Numbered from the stretch's first letter, positions 10,201 to 19,823 are shown. The stretch: DNA of 64,000 nt from Bacteroidia bacterium (GCA_030429045.1 JAUIEA010000006.1:3879-67878); one strand, 5' to 3'. Notes: generated by a model from the letters alone, not told the origin. Program-made: numbers and translations.

Positions 10201-10740
10201 CTGACGGATCATCAACGTGCATTCGACCTCGCACCCTACCGGGAGGATCTCAGGGACACTTTAATCAATCGGTATAAGGCTGATCAAGACTACACAAAAG
10301 TCATGAAGTTGATGACCGATCAGGATTCGCTGGGTCACTTACGATATCAGGATCTGTTGATCCTGATCCGCATGAACAATCTGAACGGTCATTTAGAGCA
10401 TGCCCGCGACATGATGGAGAAGTCCGAAGAGTTGTTTCCGACACCGGAAGAATCCAGATCACTGGCAGAGCTGGAGGCGCAGAATGCGATCCTCGAGGGT
10501 GACCTCACCCGGGCATTGAACCTCTATGAAGGCTTGCATAGCCACTATCCCGACTCCGGAGAATCTGCTTGGTCCATTGCGCGCATTCATGCCTCTCAGA
10601 ACCATAGAAACAAGGCTTTTCAATGGGTGGACAAAGCCCTGGAATTGGGATTCCGAAAATACGAATGGGTGGTGGCCCGTGATCCTGTGATGGCAAAGTT
10701 GCGACGCACCTCGAAATGGCAGCGAATCATGAATGAATAA
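7294..10740 (+). CDS. Secreted caspase (C14) - long TPR array protein, paralogue A
   Basis: The ORF-track frame opens at 7042, but I take MSHRYLSIIPIILWWSLICPLGVAAQP (signal-like, -7 box upstream) as the start. Dyad motifs YFAGHGDVE and LDACRSG are present. The C-terminal ~750 aa contain many TPR-like repeats (e.g. HNELGIIYMRKNVLDKSEYHFNRAVELAP). Confidence 0.85.
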   Translation: MSHRYLSIIPIILWWSLICPLGVAAQPVLKPDPTNGPSHVPTMRAVVIGVSQYQDQGVRPLHYAHKDAQAFADYLHSDAAGKMQKEVRTLINADATLAAVDDAMNWLKTSSVEGDMALLYFAGHGDVEVAALWQLGYLLTYDSPPNNFRNNAIRVEDLDLLAIELSSVRNVRTMFILDACRSGTLADGRNVPTENLTKQKANEVRILSCKPDQKSLEGASWGGGRGVFSYYLIRGLQGLANDAGNTSDLESVTVEELEDYFRKTVVRDTKSLDPPQRQDPIIVSGAANIPVGVVVPEILATLTEDNKNKARNPSQPISENRSMSDPVTIRQVAADNPVDVLFTKSGEKELFEYLDIASLLKIPARDIPEAILQHLTDVARDQYWPPEVQDNLKEYWSIADLDKDDPEDLQLFNTKLAIALHDRGQEIINSYLRADPGDLEERSIIKFETTKYRWYPDLFKLVIKLLPEGHPLQDRVAVKEAYFSGASIRILALDLEDPLPAYNEAEALLQKALRLDPYAPYVHNELGIIYMRKNVLDKSEYHFNRAVELAPGWGFPYANLGVIFIQQNRLSEAQENVAKALRLIPDNYLPHLHQGQIHELNRRFLDAETEYQRCIRLLPEDIIAYNRLGHLYLQTSEYAKANKHLKTVTELAGLLPPSIHTLLFDEYRNPEADHPFDYPVDMATRPVMHYPPDLDLDDPGITPDIDRALQHMQLGIAYCQSRLYEQAVDAFQAVIRLDVHYKDVYDHLAWAYLKLEKYDLADRMLTLAERNTEAVSGREMLEALVAERCGRWSEAATIYRKLIDDHLHAQLGYQKLAAFYETTDQYVEAEWTYQEYMGADQEAGQSALYSFYLRMADMMPSQYSWKQRAAMILYEKCMEAAESGFGTGYARKAFQPHALPSTVDEFYSSCYSPLPYSIHPDLQDKQSACKASEKLFRSIYPFLKTSGERAAILEKTGNIHAQLLNEAQALTDHQRAFDLAPYREDLRDTLINRYKADQDYTKVMKLMTDQDSLGHLRYQDLLILIRMNNLNGHLEHARDMMEKSEELFPTPEESRSLAELEAQNAILEGDLTRALNLYEGLHSHYPDSGESAWSIARIHASQNHRNKAFQWVDKALELGFRKYEWVVARDPVMAKLRRTSKWQRIMNE

Positions 10741-10949
10741 ATACCTTCACGATTTGGCGCAAAAATGGCTGGTCATACAGACTGCCGTCTATGCCAAGAA
10801 TGGATATCGGTGCATCCCCTCAACAGGAATCATGGTCATGTAGGGGTTGCACAGATCCCGGCCCTCCCGGATCAGGCCTGGAGCATCGCCTTCGTGTGGA
10901 CCAGTGCGGAATATGAGCCCCATTGTTGACAACCGTGGCATGCAATTCC

Positions 10950-10957
10950 TATATTTA
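10950..10957 (+). promoter_or_regulatory. Putative -7 box (TATATTTA) for caspase-TPR paralogue B
   Basis: The context GCAATTCCTATATTTAA closely matches GGCAATCCCTATATTTAA upstream of paralogue A. It lies 22 nt before the ATG at 10980. Confidence 0.35.
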
Positions 10958-10979
10958 ATTGTCATAACCCAAACACCCT

Positions 10980-13900
10980 ATGATTCGTCCGTCATTCTTT
11001 TTGTGGTCTGTTCTGTTATTGTGGTGGGTCTGTCCGCTGTCGATGGTCGCCCAACCTGTCCTGTCATCCAGCACCCAGAGTCCGCCAACCCCTGAACCAA
11101 CCATGCGTGCCGTGGTCATCGGTGTATCAGAATACAAGGACACGAAAATTCGTCCACTTCAATATGCCCATCTGGATGCCCAGGCGTTTGCAGACTATCT
11201 GCGCTCTGATGCTGCCGGCAAGATGCAAAAGCAGATCCGAACGCTGATCAACAGTGATGCCACCCTTGCAGCCGTGGATGATGCCATGAACTGGCTCAAA
11301 ACGGCCTCTAAGGAGGGGGACATGGCCCTGCTCTACTTTGCCGGTCATGGAGATGTAGAATTGGCGGCCCTCTGGCAACTGGGGTATTTATTGACCTATG
11401 ATTCGCCCCCGCATAACTTTCGGAATAACGCCATCCGGGTCGAAGACCTGGACCTGCTCGCCATTGAGCTTTCCTCCGTTCGAAATGTGCGAACGATGTT
11501 TGTGCTGGATGCATGCCACTCCGGCACCTTGTCGGAGGGACGGAGCGTCCCCACAGAAAACCTGTCCAAGCAAAAGGCGAATGAGATTCGGATCCTTTCC
11601 TGCAAGCCTGACCAGAAGTCTCAGGAAGGGGCCAGCTGGGGAGGTGGTCGTGGCGTTTTCTCCTATTACCTCATCCGCGGATTGGAGGGACTGGCCAATG
11701 ATGAAAGCAATACTGCCGACCTGGGTTCTGTGACAGTAGAGGAACTGGAGGATTACTTTCGTCAAACGGTGGTCAAGGATACCAAGCGGCTGGATCCTCC
11801 GCAGCGCCAGGATCCCATTATCATATCCGGGGCCGAAGACATGCCGGTTGGTTTTGTGATCCCGGAAATTGTTGCTGCCCTGACGAATGAAGGTGGAGAT
11901 ATGGCTCTGGCCGATGCCTCCTCCAGTGGACGGGGCATGGATGAACCGATGATGGTCCTGGAGGTCCAGAGAGAAAGTCCCATTGATGTGCTGTTCACCG
12001 CAGGGCGGGATGAAGGATTGATCGACCATATGGACCTTCCTTCTTTTCTGGAAATGCCGAATCTCGAGGTTCCCCGGGCATTTATCCAGAAGCTGGCAGA
12101 GGTCGGCAGGGAACAGGGGGTTCCACCGGATATGCAGTTCAAGTTGGACAATTTCTGGCAGATCTCCGGTATTGATGCCAATAATCCGGAGGACCTGAAG
12201 GCCTTCAACATCAAAATGGCGATCGCCCTGCACGACCGGGGACAGGAGATCATCAACAGCTATCTGCGGGCAGACCCGGATGACCTGGAAGAACGTGCCA
12301 TTCAAAAATTTGAAACCACCAAGTACCGGTGGTATCCCAATATCTTCAAACTGGTGCTCAAGCTCCTGCCGGAAGGGCATCCGCTCCGTGACCGGCTGGC
12401 CGTAAAGGAGGCCTACTTCTCCGGAGCTTCGATCCGCATGCTGGCCGTCGCCCTGGAAGATCGGAGTAGCGCCTATGCCGAAGCCATGGCCCTGCAGCAG
12501 AAAGCCCTGCAGCTGGACCCGCACGCTCCCTATGTGCACAATGAACTGGGCATCCTGTACAAGCAGTTGAAGGATCTGGACCAAGCCGAATTCCATTTCA
12601 AAAAAGCCAGGGAACTGGCGCCGAGCTGGGGTCTCCCCTATTCTAACCTGTGTGCAACATTGATCCGAATGAATCGGCTGGATGAGGCCCAGGAAAATGC
12701 GACCAGAGCCCTGGAATTGTTGCCTGAATATTCGACCATTCACATGCATCAGGGACGCATCCACGAATTGAACGGAAAGTTCCTCCATGCAGAGGCGGAA
12801 TATCTCCGGACAACCCAATTGGCACCCCAGCATTTTGCCGGATTCGAACGACTGGGGTACCTCTATCAGCAAACCGCTGAATTCGAACTGGCAAATGAAA
12901 ACTTTGTCATTGCCGAGTATTTGAAAAAAAACCTCCCCATCTCCCCGTTGGATACAGATCTGGATGGCTATTCTGACGTCCTGGCCCCGAGTATGTTTAA
13001 CGATGAATTCAGAACGGAGGAAGAATTACTGGCCCTGATCCAGGAACACCCGGAGGATCCAAGCCTCTACTTTGAATTGGGGCAGGTGTACAGTGTAGAT
13101 CTGAAATATGAACTGGCAGTACCCCGATTCCGCACGGTTGTCGATCTGGACCGATCCTACCCGGGTGTGTATGACCACCTGGCCTGGTCACATTTCAAAC
13201 TGGAGCAGTACGAACTGGCCGACCAGAGCCTTGCCCTGGCCGAGGTATATGAGGGGGAAGAGGATGGTCGATGGATGTTAAAGGCCCTGATCGCCGAATC
13301 CTGGGAACGATGGTCGGAAGCTGAAGCCATCTATGCGTATTTCCTGGCCCGGGATTCGTCCCTGGAGATCGTATATCAAAAACTGGGTGCGTTGTACGAA
13401 CGAACAGGTCGATTTGCCGAAGCTGAAGCCGTCTATCTGGAAAGCATCCGAAGGATCAGTTATGGCAATCGGCAGGAGTTGTATCAGTTCTATCTCAGGA
13501 TGATCGACCGCATGCCCGGGCAGTCCGGCTGGCTCATCCGGGCGGCCAACTTGCTGTATAAGATCTGTCTGTTCACGGAGAAAAACTATGAAATGCGCGT
13601 GGATCATTTTGAGGACAGCTTTCATGATCCCGATCCTTCCCACGACCTGGCGCTGGTCTCTCATTATTATATGGGTTGGACCCAACCACGACACGTGGAT
13701 AAGCATCCTGACCTGATCTACTGGCCCCAGGTCTGTGAAAAACCCCTGTCTTTCCTGGACCGGGCCTTTCCCTATCTGATCTATGCACAGGAACGCGCTG
13801 ATGTGCTGCAAAAACAGGGAGACATCCATTTGCATCTGGAGAATCGGGATGCGGCAGAATCACATTACGAACGCGCCTTGAGCCACGCCTCCTCGCAGGA

Positions 13901-14396
13901 TGATCTGCGGGATAAGATCATCGACAGTTATCTGGCCCGATACCAATTGCCAAAAGCCCGGAGACACCTGGCCCATCAGGATTCGGTTGCACGTCTGAAA
14001 TTCCCTGGACATCTGGCCCTGGCACGCATGAACAACCTGGATGCCCGATTCGGAGACGCTGACAACCTGTTGAAAGAAGCGAGCGGGTTTATTCTGGGCA
14101 GAGAGCATGTCCAACGGATCGCTGATCTGCGGGCACAGAACGCCTTCCTGGCTGGAGAACTGGACCGGGCAATTCAGCTGTATGAGATCAATCACGAATC
14201 AGATCCGGGCTCAGGCTGTAACGCCTATGCCATCGCCAGGATATATGCATCCCTGGATCAAAACAGCAAGGCATTCCGGTGGTTGGATAGGGCTCTTTCC
14301 CATGGATTCGGTGCGTACACATGGGTACTGGCCAGGGATCCCTGGATGGACAACCTGCGTTCGTCATCCAAATGGAAAAAGCGGGTCAGTGGATAG
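10980..14396 (+). CDS. Secreted caspase (C14) - long TPR array protein, paralogue B
   Basis: 1138 aa. The signal-like N-terminus is MIRPSFFLWSVLLLWWVCPLSMVAQP. Dyad motifs YFAGHGDVE and LDACHSG are present. The caspase head is near-identical to paralogue A, and a TPR array follows. Confidence 0.88.
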   Translation: MIRPSFFLWSVLLLWWVCPLSMVAQPVLSSSTQSPPTPEPTMRAVVIGVSEYKDTKIRPLQYAHLDAQAFADYLRSDAAGKMQKQIRTLINSDATLAAVDDAMNWLKTASKEGDMALLYFAGHGDVELAALWQLGYLLTYDSPPHNFRNNAIRVEDLDLLAIELSSVRNVRTMFVLDACHSGTLSEGRSVPTENLSKQKANEIRILSCKPDQKSQEGASWGGGRGVFSYYLIRGLEGLANDESNTADLGSVTVEELEDYFRQTVVKDTKRLDPPQRQDPIIISGAEDMPVGFVIPEIVAALTNEGGDMALADASSSGRGMDEPMMVLEVQRESPIDVLFTAGRDEGLIDHMDLPSFLEMPNLEVPRAFIQKLAEVGREQGVPPDMQFKLDNFWQISGIDANNPEDLKAFNIKMAIALHDRGQEIINSYLRADPDDLEERAIQKFETTKYRWYPNIFKLVLKLLPEGHPLRDRLAVKEAYFSGASIRMLAVALEDRSSAYAEAMALQQKALQLDPHAPYVHNELGILYKQLKDLDQAEFHFKKARELAPSWGLPYSNLCATLIRMNRLDEAQENATRALELLPEYSTIHMHQGRIHELNGKFLHAEAEYLRTTQLAPQHFAGFERLGYLYQQTAEFELANENFVIAEYLKKNLPISPLDTDLDGYSDVLAPSMFNDEFRTEEELLALIQEHPEDPSLYFELGQVYSVDLKYELAVPRFRTVVDLDRSYPGVYDHLAWSHFKLEQYELADQSLALAEVYEGEEDGRWMLKALIAESWERWSEAEAIYAYFLARDSSLEIVYQKLGALYERTGRFAEAEAVYLESIRRISYGNRQELYQFYLRMIDRMPGQSGWLIRAANLLYKICLFTEKNYEMRVDHFEDSFHDPDPSHDLALVSHYYMGWTQPRHVDKHPDLIYWPQVCEKPLSFLDRAFPYLIYAQERADVLQKQGDIHLHLENRDAAESHYERALSHASSQDDLRDKIIDSYLARYQLPKARRHLAHQDSVARLKFPGHLALARMNNLDARFGDADNLLKEASGFILGREHVQRIADLRAQNAFLAGELDRAIQLYEINHESDPGSGCNAYAIARIYASLDQNSKAFRWLDRALSHGFGAYTWVLARDPWMDNLRSSSKWKKRVSG

Positions 14397-14492
14397 GGCC
14401 CCATCTTGCGACATACGGACAATACACAATTAACACTATATTAGTCAGGCACTTAGACCTCCATCGGATCCCAGAGGTCAACTGAACTGATC

Positions 14493-16739
14493 GTGAAGCA
14501 CAACGTCGCCGCTCATCCATGTATTCATGCGCTATCCGGGCACTGGATAGGATGGAGGCTGCTGATCCTGCTCAGTTGCATATACGCACCACTACATGCA
14601 CAAGAAAAGGGGCAATCCGGCCTGATACTCGACCAATGGCACCATGCGGGTGGAATTACCAGAGCGGTCGTGGTCGGTATATCCGACTACCAGCATCCGG
14701 GTATTCCGGACCTGCGGTTTGCACATCGGGATGCGGAAGCATTTGCATCGTATCTGGACCAAAGCTTGCCCCGGACAGACTCCATCAGCAATATTGACAT
14801 ATTCCTGAATGAAACAGCAACCTCAGCTTCCATATACGGGTCCTTGCAAACGCTGGAAGATGAAAGTCAGAAAGGAGATAGAGTCATCCTGTATTTCTCC
14901 GGTCATGGCGATATGGAATCTCTTGAATCCGCAAAAAGCTATCTCCTCTGTTATGATGCCGCCTACAATAATTATGCGATCGGCGGCACCCTCGAATTTG
15001 GTCAATTGCAATCCTGGGCAGAACGACTTGTAGCGAATGGTGTGACGTTGCTCCTGTTCATGGATGCCTGTCATGCTGGCAACCTGGCCGGAGAATCGAT
15101 TAACGGGGCAGGACGAACGGCACAAATTTTCAGGGACTCCTTCGCTTCAGCGACAAAGTACCTGGCCTGCTCGCCACAAGAATCCAGTTTTGAAAGTGAC
15201 GCCTGGGGCAATGGACATGGAGTCTATACCTATTTTCTGATCCAGGGTTTGGCTGGCATGGCAGACCAGGATCACAATTCGTCGGTCAGCTACTGGGAAT
15301 TACAGGAATTCCTCGAATCAAAAGTAGTTCAAGAGACCGGCTTCCTGCAACACCCCGTCGGGCCAATGCAAAATCTGGAGGAAACGCTGACACATGTCGA
15401 TTCCGCCTTATTAAAACACGTCCAGACAGCAATTGAACATGAGTTCAAAGTTATTCCATCACTGGTCGTACGTTCATTTGAAAATCAACTTCTGACGGCC
15501 CTAGATACAAGCATATTTTCTGACTGGGACCGATTTAAAAATGCCATTTCTGCAGGAAGGCTTCTCCATCCTGAGCACGACTGCGCGGAGTTCTATTATC
15601 ACAAACTGATCAACAGACCCGATCTATCGGCTGCTTTCAGAAGATACATTTCCAGAACATTTGTAGCCGGCCTGCTTAACGATGGCCAACAAGCCATGAA
15701 AGCCATTTTAGCCGCAGATACAAAAACCATCAGTGGGGGAAAGGAACTGATCTTATCCTATGCACACTATCCGGCTCACTTTCAGAAAGCCGCAGAAATA
15801 TTAGGTGTACATCATGACATGCATTCAACCGTGAAGTCAAGGGCATTCCTGTTTGAAGGAATTCTTGCTTATATGAAAAATGCATCCAGAGTGGACTCCA
15901 CTTCGATCAGCCAGGTCATGACGCCTTTGTTAAACTCCCTCCAGTTGGAGCCCAATTCTGCAGTGACTTGTTTTTACATCAGCTTATGTCAAATGGTCCA
16001 GGCCAAGAATCCGGAAGTGGCACTCAATTATACGTATCAGGCACACCATCTCGCCCCCTCCTGGCTGGTCCCGCTGACACACATGGCTTATTATATGGCA
16101 CGAGCCAAGGATAGACGACTGGAAGACTCCAAGGCGCTGCTGGATCGCGCCTTCAACATCGACGAAAATGACCCGACCGCTTGGCTGGCTCTCGGCGCGC
16201 TCTACCATTACCTGCCCCACACACCAAAGTCCATCGAAGCCTTTCAGAAGGTTCTTTCAATTGACTCCACCTATGCCATAGCCTGGACAAATCTGGGTGT
16301 TGAATACATCATTCTGGAGGACTACGACCAAGCTGAAAAAGCCTTTACAAAAGCACTTCGTGAAAACCCGAACCAATCTGCGGCCTGGCATAGTCTGGGA
16401 TGCCTGTCGACCCGAAAACAAGATCTGGATTCTGCCGAAATATTTTATCAAAAAGCTGTTTCGTTAAGCCCCGAAATGATCGTGGCGAAAGATAGCTTAT
16501 GCTCTACATATCTGGATCAACATGCAATCGACAAAGCATACCATGAATGCCAATCCATCATCCAGATTAAAGATCAATATGCATCTGCCCATTTTAAACT
16601 GGCCAAAATAGCCGCGCTGCGAAACAATCGTGACACAGCACTGGATCACCTTCAAAAATGCCTGGAGTCCGATCCCGGATTTATAGACGACATTAGAAAA
16701 AATGTCACCCTGTATCAAATCTATTCGAATCGAGAATGA
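14493..16739 (+). CDS. Secreted caspase (C14) - helical/TPR protein
   Basis: 748 aa with a GTG start per the ORF track. The hydrophobic N-segment is WRLLILLSCIYAPLHAQ. Dyad motifs YFSGHGDME and MDACHAG are present. The C-terminus has TPR repeats (WLALGALYHYLPHTPKSIEAFQKVLSID, AWTNLGVEYIILEDYDQAEKAFTKAL). Confidence 0.8.
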   Translation: MKHNVAAHPCIHALSGHWIGWRLLILLSCIYAPLHAQEKGQSGLILDQWHHAGGITRAVVVGISDYQHPGIPDLRFAHRDAEAFASYLDQSLPRTDSISNIDIFLNETATSASIYGSLQTLEDESQKGDRVILYFSGHGDMESLESAKSYLLCYDAAYNNYAIGGTLEFGQLQSWAERLVANGVTLLLFMDACHAGNLAGESINGAGRTAQIFRDSFASATKYLACSPQESSFESDAWGNGHGVYTYFLIQGLAGMADQDHNSSVSYWELQEFLESKVVQETGFLQHPVGPMQNLEETLTHVDSALLKHVQTAIEHEFKVIPSLVVRSFENQLLTALDTSIFSDWDRFKNAISAGRLLHPEHDCAEFYYHKLINRPDLSAAFRRYISRTFVAGLLNDGQQAMKAILAADTKTISGGKELILSYAHYPAHFQKAAEILGVHHDMHSTVKSRAFLFEGILAYMKNASRVDSTSISQVMTPLLNSLQLEPNSAVTCFYISLCQMVQAKNPEVALNYTYQAHHLAPSWLVPLTHMAYYMARAKDRRLEDSKALLDRAFNIDENDPTAWLALGALYHYLPHTPKSIEAFQKVLSIDSTYAIAWTNLGVEYIILEDYDQAEKAFTKALRENPNQSAAWHSLGCLSTRKQDLDSAEIFYQKAVSLSPEMIVAKDSLCSTYLDQHAIDKAYHECQSIIQIKDQYASAHFKLAKIAALRNNRDTALDHLQKCLESDPGFIDDIRKNVTLYQIYSNRE

Positions 16740-17440
16740 GTCAATTCCAACAGAACAAGTACACACAAATGAAGCATTTCATTACAACTCTAAAAGGTCT
16801 GACCCTGCTGCTTTTGATGTTCGTGACCAGCAATGCCCTGAAAGCGCAGACTGTTCCCACAACCGATTCTATACAAATCAAGATCTTTGACCTGGATGAT
16901 GACATGAGACGCGGAAAATTGAAAGGCATTTCCGTAGATGACAAGAAAAGCTATTTTGGTCTGAAAGGCGAAAAAAGAGTACCCCTTAAAAACAACAGTA
17001 TTATTAAGATAACAAGCCGCCAGGACAGACCCATCAGCATTCAAAGCAAGAATTGGAAGAAGATCCAAAGTCTGGATGTCTATATGGGTCATGAAAATGA
17101 CCTTCCAAATGATTGCATCGTCGAAGGAAGAGTATTCCTAACGAATAAAGATGGTGAAACTCAAATAGCGGCAGCTACGATTGTTGAAATAGGTCATGAG
17201 AAAACAAATTCAACCAAAACTGATATCCTTGGTCGGTTTGCACTGAAGATCAGTAAAAAGACACGCAAATTGGGCATCATTCTTCATAAGCCTGGAATTA
17301 CTACTGATGTCAATACCCCGCCCGATATTGACCTGACGATCACAACAGATGCAGGTGACCACACGAAGATCGATGTTTATGTCGATGACCAGGGAGCAGG
17401 CGGGACAAGGAAGGGAATCAGCACGACAATTTGTTATTGA
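16736..17440 (+). CDS. Secreted hypothetical protein with possible carboxypeptidase-regulatory-like (CarboxypepD_reg) beta domain
   Basis: 234 aa. The ATGA overlap with the upstream caspase gene suggests coupling. The likely true start is MKHFITTLKGLTLLLLMFVTSNALKAQ at 16769. EGRVFLTNKDGETQIAAATIVEIGHEKTNSTKTDILGRFAL resembles CarboxypepD_reg. The DNA is AT-richer than its surroundings. Confidence 0.5.
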   Translation: MSQFQQNKYTQMKHFITTLKGLTLLLLMFVTSNALKAQTVPTTDSIQIKIFDLDDDMRRGKLKGISVDDKKSYFGLKGEKRVPLKNNSIIKITSRQDRPISIQSKNWKKIQSLDVYMGHENDLPNDCIVEGRVFLTNKDGETQIAAATIVEIGHEKTNSTKTDILGRFALKISKKTRKLGIILHKPGITTDVNTPPDIDLTITTDAGDHTKIDVYVDDQGAGGTRKGISTTICY

Positions 17441-17458
17441 TCAACATTCGATTAACTG

Positions 17459-17466
17459 TACATTTG
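17459..17466 (+). promoter_or_regulatory. Putative -7 box (TACATTTG) for the M14 peptidase gene
   Basis: Perfect TAnnTTTG match, 30 nt upstream of the ATG at 17497. Confidence 0.45.
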
Positions 17467-17496
17467 ACCCTTTGGATACATGAATATTTCCACAGG

Positions 17497-18987
17497 ATGT
17501 CAAGACTTCACCTTTCTCTCTGCCTGCTCATTTGTGTTGCGTTTCAGGGACTAGCCTCTGCCCAATCCGCCGACCTCATGCGCCGGATGTACCGGCACCA
17601 CGAAGAGGTGAAGGAAGCGGGCCTGGATGAACGTCGCTTCAAGCATACCGATGTGCTGGCCCGGATAGACCGACTGCGATCAGATCCCGACTTTGGCATA
17701 TCCACTGCCGGGCATTCGGTCATGGGTCGCGAGATCAAAGCCGTTTCCTGGGGAAATGGACCCACCAGGGTGCTCCTGTGGACCCAGATGCACGGTGACG
17801 AACCCACCGCCACCCTGGCCACCCTGGACCTCTGGAATGCCCTCCAGGATGAGTTATTCCTGCCGGAGGCCGCCAGGCTGAAGGAGCGACTGACCCTGGT
17901 GTTCCTGCCCCTCCTCAACCCGGATGGGGCCGAAGTCTACGAACGACAGAACGCCCTGGGCATCGACCTCAATCGCGATGCCCTTCGCCTGACCAGCCCC
18001 GAAGCGCAGATCCTCAAACACTGGCGGGACAGCCTGGATGCCGACTGGGGCTTCAACCTGCATGATCAGCACCGTTATTACAGTGCCGGATCCGGTAATC
18101 TGACCAGTGCGATCGCCTTCCTGGCTCCTCCTCCCGATCACAGCCGTAGCAAACCCCCGCATCGCCAGGACGCCATGCGCCTGATCGGTGGACTGTCCAA
18201 CGGCCTGCAAAACCTCATCCCCGGGCAGGTGGCCAAGTATTCCGATGCCTTCGAACCGAGAGCCTTCGGAGACAATTTTACCAAGTGGGGCACCCGGACC
18301 ATCCTCATCGAAGCCGGATGGCTGCCCGGCGATGATGAAAAACAGGCATTGCGCCGACTTTACTTCGCCACCCTGGTGGCTGCCCTGGACGGGATCGCCA
18401 AAAAAACCTATATCAACGAGCCGATCAAAACGTATAACGACATTCCCTTCAACCAGAATCACCTGACCGATCTGTTGATCAGGGAAGTCAAGCATCAGGT
18501 GGGGCGTGCTACCTACCTGATCGATATCATCTACAAGCACCAGGAAGAAACCAACACGGACGGTCGCAGCTGGGTGCGCAAGGCCCGGATCGAAGAGATC
18601 GGCGATCTTTCACCCTACGGCGCCTATACCACCCTGGATGGGCAGGGGAAGTGGTTGATCGTTCCTGCCCGGACCCACCCCCATGTCATGCTGGACATGG
18701 CCGAGCTGCGGGAAGAGCCACTTACCGACCTCCTGCTCGGCGGAACGGCCGTATTCCGCATGGATCAGGTCACCCTGGACCAGAGGTATGCCGATGCTCC
18801 ACTGGCCATCCGTCGCCTGGACGATGATGCCAGTGAGCCCATCGGACTCGGCCACAACCCCACCTTCTATCTCCAGGATGAAAAAGGAAGTCTTCGGTAT
18901 CTGATCGTCAACGGCAAGGCCTGGGATCTACAGGGGAGTGACTGGAAATCTGCTCTTCAGAACCTCATTGCCAGGGGATTGGATTAG
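17497..18987 (+). CDS. Secreted zinc carboxypeptidase, peptidase M14 family
   Basis: Start chosen at MSRLHLSLCLLICVAFQGLASAQS, which is signal-like; the ORF-track frame opens at 17431. QMHGDEPTAT supplies the HxxE zinc ligands, and LLNPDGAE and NRD motifs are typical of M14. Confidence 0.75.
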   Translation: MSRLHLSLCLLICVAFQGLASAQSADLMRRMYRHHEEVKEAGLDERRFKHTDVLARIDRLRSDPDFGISTAGHSVMGREIKAVSWGNGPTRVLLWTQMHGDEPTATLATLDLWNALQDELFLPEAARLKERLTLVFLPLLNPDGAEVYERQNALGIDLNRDALRLTSPEAQILKHWRDSLDADWGFNLHDQHRYYSAGSGNLTSAIAFLAPPPDHSRSKPPHRQDAMRLIGGLSNGLQNLIPGQVAKYSDAFEPRAFGDNFTKWGTRTILIEAGWLPGDDEKQALRRLYFATLVAALDGIAKKTYINEPIKTYNDIPFNQNHLTDLLIREVKHQVGRATYLIDIIYKHQEETNTDGRSWVRKARIEEIGDLSPYGAYTTLDGQGKWLIVPARTHPHVMLDMAELREEPLTDLLLGGTAVFRMDQVTLDQRYADAPLAIRRLDDDASEPIGLGHNPTFYLQDEKGSLRYLIVNGKAWDLQGSDWKSALQNLIARGLD

Positions 18988-19025
18988 GTGGCCTGTCCAT
19001 CATCCGGTCGAATCTCAGAAAGACC

Positions 19026-19033
19026 TATATTTA
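19026..19033 (+). promoter_or_regulatory. Putative -7 box (TATATTTA) for the OMP gene
   Basis: CCTATATTTA motif 20 nt before the ATG at 19054. Confidence 0.3.
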
Positions 19034-19053
19034 CCTTCCTAAAATCAGCACGC

Positions 19054-19803
19054 ATGAAACGTTATCTATTTTTTGCTCTCCCGTTTCTGATTCTTGCCTT
19101 GCTCGCTCCGGTCAGCAGCAATGCACAAGAGCCGGAAACGGATGATACAGATGTCAATTTTGATTTTGATCCGACCAAATTCAAAATGGCAAAGAAGTCC
19201 GGAAAACGAACCAATCTGGAGGGGTATTTTGGTATCGGTCCCACCTTTGTGACCTCCAATTTTGAAGACGGCAATTCGTTTGTTCCTGAATTCAAGCCCT
19301 GGAAATCGTGGAGCACGGACTTTGGCATGATGTTCCGCACCCGACTGGGCAGCGCCGGCAGTTCCTTCAATATCAACTATGGTTTGTTGTGGCGCTATCT
19401 CAATGTGGAGACTGACAAAGCCTATCTGGATTGGGACCCGGACACGGAGATCCCGATGTATGAGAATTCAGACATGGATGACGTGACCAATACCGAACTC
19501 AATGTGCACACCCTATCCATCCCGCTTATGCTGGAATACCAGAACAAGGTGGCCATCGCTGCCGGCGGGTTTGTCGCTTTTCGGGTGGCCAGCAGCTCTG
19601 AACTCGATGGTGAATTACCCAACGGTGATGCAGAGTCCACATTACGAGCCGACTTTGGCCTGAACGATGTCCTCTACGGCGTGACCGGCCAGATCGGTTA
19701 TAAAAAGGCCCGCATCTATGTCAACTACTACCTCAACAATCTCTTCAAGGAGGACATGCCCTATGACTTCACGGTGATGAACGTCGGTATCGCCTTCTTT
19801 TAA
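19054..19803 (+). CDS. Outer-membrane beta-barrel protein (porin-family/OmpA-like barrel)
   Basis: Starts at MKRYLFFALPFLILALLAPVSSNAQ, a signal peptide. The sequence shows alternating beta-strand patterns and ends ...MNVGIAFF, an aromatic C-terminal residue typical of OMP barrels. Confidence 0.65.
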   Translation: MKRYLFFALPFLILALLAPVSSNAQEPETDDTDVNFDFDPTKFKMAKKSGKRTNLEGYFGIGPTFVTSNFEDGNSFVPEFKPWKSWSTDFGMMFRTRLGSAGSSFNINYGLLWRYLNVETDKAYLDWDPDTEIPMYENSDMDDVTNTELNVHTLSIPLMLEYQNKVAIAAGGFVAFRVASSSELDGELPNGDAESTLRADFGLNDVLYGVTGQIGYKKARIYVNYYLNNLFKEDMPYDFTVMNVGIAFF

Positions 19804-19823
19804 GAAACTATTTGCCGTGACAC

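Noticed and set aside
11388-12872. 494-aa minus-strand ORF antisense to caspase-TPR paralogue B, with several other antisense ORFs across 7.3-14.4 kb
   Set aside because: The plus strand encodes a recognisable caspase/TPR protein with a paralogue. The antisense translation has no recognisable motifs and odd composition. It is a typical shadow ORF of GC-rich coding DNA.
16736-17440. Possibility of a bacterial gasdermin or other pore-forming or toxin partner next to the caspase genes
   Set aside because: This is the only ORF of the right size in the cluster. It has an N-terminal signal peptide and a CarboxypepD_reg-like beta domain, so it is not gasdermin-like. No NACHT/STAND, TIR or nuclease genes were seen anywhere in 2.3-27.4 kb.
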